The notes beneath the pieces were generated by a model. That model was not told the origin of the DNA. It made no database searches and saw only the letters and a program-made list of their open reading frames with translations. Source: Eukaryota sp. TZLM1-RC (Eukaryota > Protista > Metamonada: BaSk clade). From it: a stretch of 64,000 nucleotides of DNA. Position 1 is the stretch's first letter; every line of letters begins with the position of its first letter. Shown here piece by piece: positions 55,895 through 64,000 of this stretch. Both the position numbers and the translations under genes were made by a program. The stretch spans positions 4,121,784 to 4,185,783 of the forward strand of contig JAUPSS010000004.1 of the NCBI GenBank assembly GCA_040285825.1. Reading direction: 5' to 3'.

Positions 55895-57805
55895 CTAACT
55901 ATCAACCATTATGTGTTGTTTTTTATACCATGACCTTAAACATAACAAACATCTTGCAGTATCTTCGTTCAAACGAGCTCTCTTTTTGCTGATTATTTGA
56001 CTAGCGGCTGAAAATAGGCGTTCACTTGATGCGGAACTGGGTTGTACAACAAGATAATCTTTTGCAATCTTAGCCAAGCTTGGATACTTTTTCACATTCT
56101 CCATCCACCACAGATAGGGATCGGTTTCATAATCTACAATACCTTCCTTGAGATAACATTTCAGTTCATTTTCGACATGGAGATTCATTACATTGGATTT
56201 CTTGGCAGCAACTTTATTGAACAATCCCTTTTTCCTTACTGTTTGCTTTGTTCCAGCTTCTACAATGGTTGGTTGACTAGTTGAACTCACTGATTGAATC
56301 ATTCTATTCAGTTGACTAAAGTCGGCATCGACTTCTTGTAGTTCCACTGGTAAGAGACTTGGATTGTTTTTAATCCTAGGGTCCAGAATAGTTCCAATCA
56401 AAGTCATTTCGTCGTACAATAAACTTCTATACGGTACACGGTTTCTACTCCCACTTTCCCACTTTTTGAGAATATTTGTAGATGCTTTTTTGACACAGTC
56501 AGGTATGTTCACTGCGGTAATCAAATCTCTGGCTTTCTGGATTATCAAATTCATTGATACAGAAGCCACGCCAATTGTACACGACTCACTTTCAACATCA
56601 TCAGTGGCGTCCTTAAAGAGTACCAGAATTTCAACAATTATCTTCAAGTGTAGCTTTTCTATGTCAGTCAATAAGTATTTAGCAAGGGATTGATCACCTT
56701 GAAGAAGCTGTTGGACACAATTTGCAACTTCACGGTAAGTTGCCAGCATTTGATAAAAAGAATTCCATCTTGTTTCAACATACATTGGAATCGTACTGAG
56801 GTTGTAACCAGCATCTTTTAATAAACATTTTAAATTCTGGTACAGTTTGTGTGAACCATGAAGCTCCAATACAAACTCTTTGATTTTTCTTGTGAAATCA
56901 GCTGTCAAATTGACATAATCTTGTACAAAAATATTGAAAACATGAGCAGAACATCTGCGACCATTGGAAATCCAATTTGCAGCATTTGAAATTGCCAATT
57001 CGTTGTCCGTAGTGACAGAAATAATTCTTTCTTCAAGATGAAAATCTTTTACGATAGCAGAAAGTCCAGAAATCAAATGAGATTCATCGTGAGGGTATGG
57101 CATTTTTCTCATGTCAAGAGCAACATGGCAGGGCTTGAAATCATTGTCTAACCAATGGGCTGTTACTCCCAAAAAAGGACTTTTGGCTACTGAAGACCAA
57201 AAATCCGCTGTTAAAGCGATTTTCGAATTTGACGCTTGGAGAGTGTCTTTGAGTCTAGACTGTTCTTCCTCAAACAGCTGTTCACAGAATTTTTTCTGAG
57301 TATCCTTTTTCTTCAGCTCAAATTCCGGATTTAGGGCAGCAATAAACATTTGAAAACTCTCATGTTCGACAATATTAAAAGGCAGATCACAATCCACCAA
57401 TACTTTGGTGAATAAACCTTGGAGCATATCTTGTTTCTGCTTCTTTTGCTGTTGCGGAGTCCCGAACAGAGTATTTGATTGAATGGGATTGTTTGCTTTC
57501 CAGGTAGGATGTTGAGAATCGAGGTGCCTTTTGATTGTGGTGGTCGAAAGAGACTGCGAATTCCAGGAGGGTCCATGACAGTGCTTGCATGTTTTTTTGC
57601 CAGGGGCCCTTTGCTTATCTGTTACATGGGGCCACACATCAGATCTTTGTCGAGGGGAACTTATTTCAGTTGTTGGTTGAGTTTCAGAAGCATCATCGTA
57701 ATATCTGTTCGGAACAATTGACATGGGTACAGCAAAGTTTCTTATATCCGAGAATCGTCGAGGTTCTTGAATTTGTTCTACGTCAACAACAGGAATATTG
57801 GACAT
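55895..57805 (-). CDS. hAT transposase (BED finger, DDE core, hATC dimerisation domain)
   Basis: SDVWPH..CKHC...TTTIKRHL..QH; TADFWSS; TTDNE; RCSAH; ETRWNS; LDPR; WW...YPSLAKIA; PSSASSERLFS. Confidence 0.96.
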   Translation of the reverse strand: MSNIPVVDVEQIQEPRRFSDIRNFAVPMSIVPNRYYDDASETQPTTEISSPRQRSDVWPHVTDKQRAPGKKTCKHCHGPSWNSQSLSTTTIKRHLDSQHPTWKANNPIQSNTLFGTPQQQKKQKQDMLQGLFTKVLVDCDLPFNIVEHESFQMFIAALNPEFELKKKDTQKKFCEQLFEEEQSRLKDTLQASNSKIALTADFWSSVAKSPFLGVTAHWLDNDFKPCHVALDMRKMPYPHDESHLISGLSAIVKDFHLEERIISVTTDNELAISNAANWISNGRRCSAHVFNIFVQDYVNLTADFTRKIKEFVLELHGSHKLYQNLKCLLKDAGYNLSTIPMYVETRWNSFYQMLATYREVANCVQQLLQGDQSLAKYLLTDIEKLHLKIIVEILVLFKDATDDVESESCTIGVASVSMNLIIQKARDLITAVNIPDCVKKASTNILKKWESGSRNRVPYRSLLYDEMTLIGTILDPRIKNNPSLLPVELQEVDADFSQLNRMIQSVSSTSQPTIVEAGTKQTVRKKGLFNKVAAKKSNVMNLHVENELKCYLKEGIVDYETDPYLWWMENVKKYPSLAKIAKDYLVVQPSSASSERLFSAASQIISKKRARLNEDTARCLLCLRSWYKKQHIMVDS

Positions 57806-58174
57806 TGCTAACAGAATAGATAAGAGTTACAAAAGAAAAAACGGTGTCTTTATTACAGGTCTAGAATGTACAATCTTTTGATGATCTTTTGATTGATGTT
57901 AGATACAAGTTGTTGGTTTATTAAGGATCAACAACGCAATTTTGACATGTTTTTGAAAAATAGGAGAGGAAGAGGTTTTATGCCGCAAGTTGACGAATGT
58001 GAGTCGACTTGACTCATTTGAATAATAAGTGACTCGACTCGACTCATGAGTCAAACGAGTCGAGTCGAGTCGAGTCAACTCGAAACTCAATGAGTTGACT
58101 CAACTCAAATCGAAATCCTATGAATGTCGTAATCACATTATCTTGGTTTAATTTTTCTCTATTGATTTCTGGTT

Positions 58175-58490
58175 CGATGATTTGGATTCATTGTTTATAC
58201 AGACCTAGTGAAGACCCTATCAACCTCCTTAATGCTAGACCATTCAAAATCTATTTCCTCTTGAAGAATATCATTGTTTTTCTTCAATCCACCAAGATCT
58301 GAAGTACCCATTTTTGAGTGTGGTCAGTGACACCAGTGGTTCCAAATAAGAATTGACTAGAAGGTTTATGCACCTTACCGCAAAATGGCGTGAAATGTTT
58401 ACAGTTTAGTAGTTGTGTCAACAAGAGAACCTTTTCAAAATTCCATATTGAATGATTAGGCACTTTTTTGGCCACAAAATCAACGAGCAC
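58175..58490. repeat. Dispersed repeat, inverted copy of 21983-22330
   Basis: Direct sequence similarity. Confidence 0.9.
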
Positions 58491-58884
58491 TTGAATTGAT
58501 TAATTAATTAATTTTATTAATTTTAATTATTAAGAAAAAAGACTATTTAAACAAAAAGGAATATGTCATGTCAATAAAACAAACAACCAGTATTTATTCT
58601 ATTAAATAGAGAACAAGTGCATGAATAGTCACAACAAATGTGTGTGATTGAATTGTGTACTGTTGGTGTTAAGTTTTACATCTCAACAACCCTAATTGAC
58701 GAAGTATTTTTTAGAACCACGTTTGTTGTTGAGGAGAACCATGATCCACATAAAATCCTTTAGATAGCCACCATTAGCAGTAGCCACCTGATAGCTGTCT
58801 AGGGGCGAAAAAAGGGTTGGGTATAATTGATAAAAAAATAATATTTTACAATTATGTGCACAATTCTGTGACAAAAACATAATA

Positions 58885-59547
58885 TTTATTGAACATGTAC
58901 ACTTAATTAAATTAATTCATAACTAATGGGACGAATATCATTGACCCAGGATTTCCTCTACAAAATCTTGATCTGCTTGCTGTCTAGCTAAAGCTCCTCT
59001 TATTCGATTGAAAAACCGAGGTAATCTATTAATAATGGCAAATTGAATTCGAGAACGCCATAAAAAGTTATCAAATCTTTTCATTGTTTTTTCTTGAACC
59101 ATTTTTTGGAAGTCATTCAAAAAACTTTCTGCTTCAACTGATAATCTTCTGTTTATCGAAAATGGGAAAGCAATAAAGCTTTCCCAGCATTAGCTTCTTC
59201 AATATCTATCATATTTTCTATGTTTTTCTTTTGCTTTAAAATAAAGAGCACTCACAGGATTAAGTTTTCTTCTGTGAACCCAAGTATCATTTGCAACATT
59301 ACATGAGACAAAGTCAACAATAGCTTCAGAACTATCAATCCAATCACAGTATACATCACCTCTATCATCAGAACCAAAATTATTTAGAGAAAGTTTTTCC
59401 TTCAGCAGAGGCTCTTTGATACACAAAATTCTTGCAGTTTGTGCCATATTGAAAACAGTGTCTCTAACAGCATCATGTAATGAAGAACGATAAGTTATCA
59501 ATTTAGAACAATTCAGAGCATGGCGCAAAGTGAGTTGAGGTGAATTC
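58885..59547 (-). mobile_element. 5'-truncated non-LTR fragment (family A)
   Basis: Nearly identical to 40790-41465. Confidence 0.9.
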
Positions 59548-59549
59548 TG

Positions 59550-62500
59550 TGACTCCAATACAAAGTTTGTAGCATTTTTGATTTTTTTTTCTCCCTCCCT
59601 TAGTCAACCCTCTCATATTTCACTTTCAGTCACGGCGTCAAAGTCGTACTGTTTCTCTGTCAAAACGATTCCATTGGCTGATAGTGACTCTGATACTGAT
59701 TGGAACGCCCGAGTAAAGATTCTACCAGTCAGACCAAGCTCATCTTCTTCACTTCCCCACTCTCCCCACAATACAAGCTATGCTCGAAATTCATCTCAAA
59801 AAAATTTCAATTCAAAAACTGATCATTGTACCAGAAAAAACACACAAAAACCACAATTACGTTCCTTACGTTCTGTTGCGCGTTCTATCAACAACTCCGT
59901 TTCTCGAAATTTGTTTGCTCCAGCTGAAATTGGAAATAGTCAAAAATCTATTTCTACTTTTAACTCACCAATTGACAAAATAGAATTAACTGAAAAAATG
60001 AAACCATTACCATTAAAAACTGGAATAGTTCATTCTCAGAGTTGTGGTAAATGTCGTCAACCCGGACATAACGTTAAAACATGTCCCCAAATAAAACAAG
60101 AACAATTAAAAGCTCGTGCTGCATCTGCTGATTTGCAACAATCACTCTCTTCGTTACCCATAAATGATGATAATGCTGATCAAGAAAATAGTACCTGTAA
60201 ATTCATCCATTGATTCTCCGAATAATAAGAGTATATTTTGTACCAAAAATTTTGGCATTAATTCTTCTGGCCGACCATTACGTTTTTGCGAATCTTGTAA
60301 AGCTGTTGATTCCTTGAGGCCTCAAATACGTGTTCCATCACAGGTAAGTCCTCTTTCTTGCATCCCCTTTTCAATTAGTTTTCCAAAATTTACTACCAAT
60401 TTAAAAAAAGGCATATGGGATGTAACACCGCTATGGAAATTATTTTTGCTTAAAGATAAAAAATTATTGTCATCGAAATCAAAATTTCGTCCTTCAGTGA
60501 TGAAGAAAGAAAAAATTGTTCGAAAATTAGCTTTAAAGGGACGCTATGGTTCCGCTAAGCAATGCCTGTTTTCATCTGAACTTGCAGAATGTAATGAAAA
60601 TACTATTGCTCAACTTAAGAGTCTCCATCCTGTTGAAAATTTTAAGTGCCCTAAACCTAATAATGTAAGTTATTGGGAGCAAAATCCCCTAACTAATGAT
60701 GAACTAATTAAATTGATTAACCACTTACCATTCGGAAAAGCGCCTGGCCCATCAATGATTACTTTTGACATGTTAAAATCCACGGTGAACCAATGTCCTG
60801 AATGCATTAATGATTTGGTTTTCTTTTTCAACAAAATTTTAACATTAAAAATCAAGCTTCCATCTGAAATGACAAGTTCACGCTTAATTGCTTTAAAAAA
60901 GAATGAATCAAAAATAAGGCCTATTGCAATTGGTGAATCTTTGTCTCGTATTCTTGCTTCAGCTGTTTTTGGCAGGATTGGTAAGAAAGCTAAAGATTTT
61001 TTTAGTCCTTTCCAATTTGGAATTTAAACAGTTGATGGTGCATCTTCTGCAGCACTCTCATCTGATGTCTTTTTTAATTTAAGTACTTCGAATTATATTT
61101 TTAATTTAGAATTTAAAAACGCTTTCAATACAGTGAAGAGGTCGTCGATCTTGCCCTTGCTTCAAACTCATTTTCCAGAAGCTGAGTCGTTCTTTTACAA
61201 CTTTTATGGCTCACAGTCGACTCTTGTATATGAGGAATTCAATCTAATATCATCATCTGGTGTCAAACAAGGTGATCCATTAGGTCCTTTCTTTTTCTGC
61301 CTTGCTATCCATCCTTTAATGTGTGAATTAAAACACGAATTTCCAGATGTTCATATAACTGCTTATATGGATGACATATCAATAATTGGTCCAATTGATT
61401 CATTGAGAAGAATTGCTGAAATTGTTCAACAGTGCTATTATCAAATTGGTCTTTGTCTAAATATTTCCAAATGTTTATTGATTGGTAGAGAGCCTGCTGA
61501 TCTCATTATTGAAGATCAAAGTGTTCCTTTTATCAATTATTTTGAATCAGGATTTCGTTTTTTAGGTTGTTATTTCGGCAACTTTGATGAAATTCGAAAT
61601 CAACTTTCATCTCTTTTGGATAATTTTGAAGAAGAATTGATGGTTCTTTCAGATTTAAATATTGAAAAACATCTTAAATTTTTCTTCCTCAGAATTTGTT
61701 ATTCAGGGAAATTTACTCATATTTTACGATCAACATCACCATCTATTTCTCTCGAATTTTGCAGAATTTTTAATGAATTAAGAACAAAATTTTTGGCTAA
61801 TTTGCTCGACATTGATTCTTCTTTTTTACGTAGTCATATTTTTTGTAGAACAGAATTGGGAGGCCTGGATTTTCACAAATCAAAATATTTGTGTAAAGCC
61901 GCATTCATCGGTGGAGGAAAAAATTTCGTTTTTGAATTTTTGAAACGTTTTCCTGAAAACCAGCATTTAATAGAATGTTGTGTTAGTGACTATTTAGTGT
62001 CCTTGCAGAGTGAAATTGAATGCATCTCTCCTCACATATGGTCCAAATGCTTTCCTGCTGATATTCAAGAAATTCCACCCAGGAGTTTGATTTCCTTGAA
62101 ATTTGCATATGCTAAATTGCAGAAAAAGATATTAAAAGTTTTTGAAAACTTGGATTTCACTGTTCGTCTTAGCTTGGCTAAAGAAAAGAATCCCGTTTTT
62201 GCAAACTTTTTAATTGACCTCAAGGATAGTAGCTCAAGTTGTCTTATTTCCCAGATTCCAAATGTATATGGTCTATTATTAAATGATCATCAATGGACAA
62301 CTGCCTTCAGGATGAGGTGTTTTCTGTGGCCATGTAGTGTGCCAAATGATTTGATTTGTCGTTGTGGTCAGCTCATTAATCTGAATCGTTTATTTAATTG
62401 CAAATTTAATATTACATATCGCTCAGTTGTTCACGATGCTGTTAGAGACCAACTATACGCTATGTGCAAAAGTCATCACATTGAAGCTTTTGTTGAACCA

Positions 62501-63090
62501 CTTGTGCGAAGGTTGTCATCTGAAAATGAAGATTAAAATACTTTTGGGAAACGCCGTGGTGATTTAATTACCCCTGCGTCTGATGGTGTTTTTAAAGTTG
62601 TTGATGTTGTCACTGTTGATGTTTGTAAAGACTCAGCAATTGACTTTGCCAATAAAGATGAAACTCCGCTCTGCTTTGCTGAAAAGAACAAAATCAAAAA
62701 GTCCAATGAGCCCTTATCTCAGCTAGGACGTGTTGAGCATGTCAAGTATCAGCTGGTTCCATTTGCTTTTTTTCTTTTTGGTATCATTGGAATATCTGGA
62801 ATTAAATTTCTCGAAGGTTTCAGATGTTTAATAAAAGAAAGAGCGGGAAAAGTTTTGGCCTTCATTTTCTGACACAATAGAATTGTTTTCAGTATTCTTA
62901 AAGCAATTCCAGAAATGTTGACCAAAGCACTGTTACAATTAGGAATAGAGTATGAAAATCGTGCGCTTAAAAGATTTGATGATGTTGATGCGTGTATTGA
63001 GGATATTGAATTCTAGTTTTTTGTTTAATGTTTTGTTAGCGTTGAAAATCAATTTCAATTTATAAATGTGATAATGTCAAAAAAATTTTT
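59550..63090 (+). mobile_element. Near full-length CRE-like non-LTR retrotransposon (RT and restriction-like endonuclease), disrupted by stops and a frameshift
   Basis: N-terminal CGKC.QPGHNVKTC; KAPGPS, RPIAIGE, QFGI, F.NAFNTVKR, GVKQGDPLGP, AYMDD, ELGGL, CRCG..LFNC, HDAVRD, RRGDL..VVDV; ORF stop at 63016, then an A-run. Confidence 0.9.
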
Positions 63091-63124
63091 TGATTATTTT
63101 CCATAAGCCTTCAAAAACTTCAAC

Positions 63125-64000
63125 ATGATATACATTGATGGACGTATCGGTGAAGGTGGTGGCCAAGTCCTCAGAACTAGTCTCAGTCTTGCTTCAGCAC
63201 TTGGTGTCCCCATCACTATCCAAAACATTAGACACAACAGAAAGCCTAAAACTGGTCTGCGTCCCCAACATTTAACTTGTGTCAACGCATGTGCATTCAT
63301 TTGCCAAGCATCCGTTGAAGGTAACTACGTCAATAGTGAAAGCTTAGTATTCAAACCGGGCACTCCTCACTCTGGAGAGTTTTCTTTCGATATTGGTACA
63401 GCTGGGAGTTGTTTACTTGTACTACAGACATTAATTCCACCCCTGCTAACATGCAGGGGTAAGAGTACAGTGAGAGTCAAAGGAGGAACAGCTGTTCCAC
63501 ATTCACCGAGTTTTTTATATTTCTCCGAGGTGTTTTTACCAATGATTTCGAGAATGGGTGGCCATTGTACAGTAGAGTGTATAAGGCATGGGTTCTTTCC
63601 AAAGGGAGGAGGGGAAGTACTGCTAGAAATACATGGATTGAACAGTCCACACCCTCTTTCTCCTATACATCTGGCCGAGAGAGGTAAACTACTGAGATGC
63701 AGTGTTCTTTCTGCAATTAGTGATGGAATTCCTGAACATGTAAGAAGACGACAATTAGAGACATTACACTCTTTTTCACTGAATCATTTACAACTGCCAA
63801 ATGGCAAAATTGATACTAGATCAGAGAATTGGAGCACATGCAGTCAAGGAACTTTGTGCTTCTTGAGACTTGACTTTGAGAATATCATAGTTGGTTCTTT
63901 TGCATTGGGGAGAAGAGGAAAACCAGCTGAAGAAGTTGCTCAGGAAGCCATTGACCAACTTGAACATTACCATCATTCCGATAACGGTGGTGTAGTTGAT
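63125..64000 (+). CDS. RTCA: RNA 3'-terminal phosphate cyclase, truncated by the window end (absent from the ORF track)
   Basis: MIYIDGRIGEGGGQVLRTSLSL, GLRPQHL, FDIGTAGS..LVLQT, GGT.VPHSP, HGFFPKGGGEV, ALGRRGKPAEEVA. Confidence 0.93.
   Translation, partial: MIYIDGRIGEGGGQVLRTSLSLASALGVPITIQNIRHNRKPKTGLRPQHLTCVNACAFICQASVEGNYVNSESLVFKPGTPHSGEFSFDIGTAGSCLLVLQTLIPPLLTCRGKSTVRVKGGTAVPHSPSFLYFSEVFLPMISRMGGHCTVECIRHGFFPKGGGEVLLEIHGLNSPHPLSPIHLAERGKLLRCSVLSAISDGIPEHVRRRQLETLHSFSLNHLQLPNGKIDTRSENWSTCSQGTLCFLRLDFENIIVGSFALGRRGKPAEEVAQEAIDQLEHYHHSDNGGVVD

Larger units (their letters stand above)
55471..58120 (-). mobile_element. Complete autonomous hAT transposon (2,650 bp)
   Basis: Perfect 24-bp TIR TAGGATTTCGATTTGAGTTGAGTC; 8-bp TSD TGAATGTC; subterminal GACTC/GAGTC arrays; intact transposase ORF. 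Confidence 0.97.

Noticed and set aside
61025-61027. In-frame TAA where the paralogue has CAA (also TAA at 3578), suggesting a TAA=Gln code
   Set aside because: Conserved host genes (AP2A, cysK, NME5, YEATS) end in TAA and contain no internal TAA/TAG; these are better explained as nonsense mutations in dead elements
1-64000. rRNA, tRNA or spliced-leader genes, telomeric repeats, and prokaryotic origin
   Set aside because: No such RNA genes or repeats were recognised by eye (a covariance search was not possible); introns and eukaryote-specific genes exclude a prokaryotic source

Overview
Eukaryotic nuclear DNA from a gene-dense, intron-poor flagellated protist. Evidence: an NME5/RSP23-type NDP kinase, a SPICE1-like gene, 28-32 nt GT-AG introns and intergenic gaps as short as about 30 bp. 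The lineage cannot be fixed from this window. About 17 host genes (NT-C2, Itc1/ACF1-like, AP-2 alpha, SAP30-like, NME5, COG8, CysK, TrmH, TAF7, NT5DC, YEATS, SPICE1, SEN34, RtcA and others) are separated by islands of nested transposons: Ty3/gypsy LTR elements with very short LTRs, CRE-like non-LTR elements, two hAT elements and three Fanzor (eukaryotic TnpB-like) loci. Three observations stand out. (1) A roughly 1,000-aa reading frame fuses a family-B polymerase-type DEDDy 3'-5' exonuclease, with its catalytic motifs intact, to a Fanzor1 RNA-guided nuclease whose RuvC site is mutated. It is split by a tandem mini-LTR array whose removal restores the frame. (2) None of the four LTR elements shows a recognisable tRNA primer-binding site. 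Each instead has a TAATTA-centred palindrome with co-varying arms at the 5' LTR junction. (3) A young chromodomain-type LTR element carries an unexplained insert of about 560 aa between RNase H and integrase. All calls are by-eye motif recognition with no database searches. Several frameshifts fall in homopolymers and may be assembly errors.
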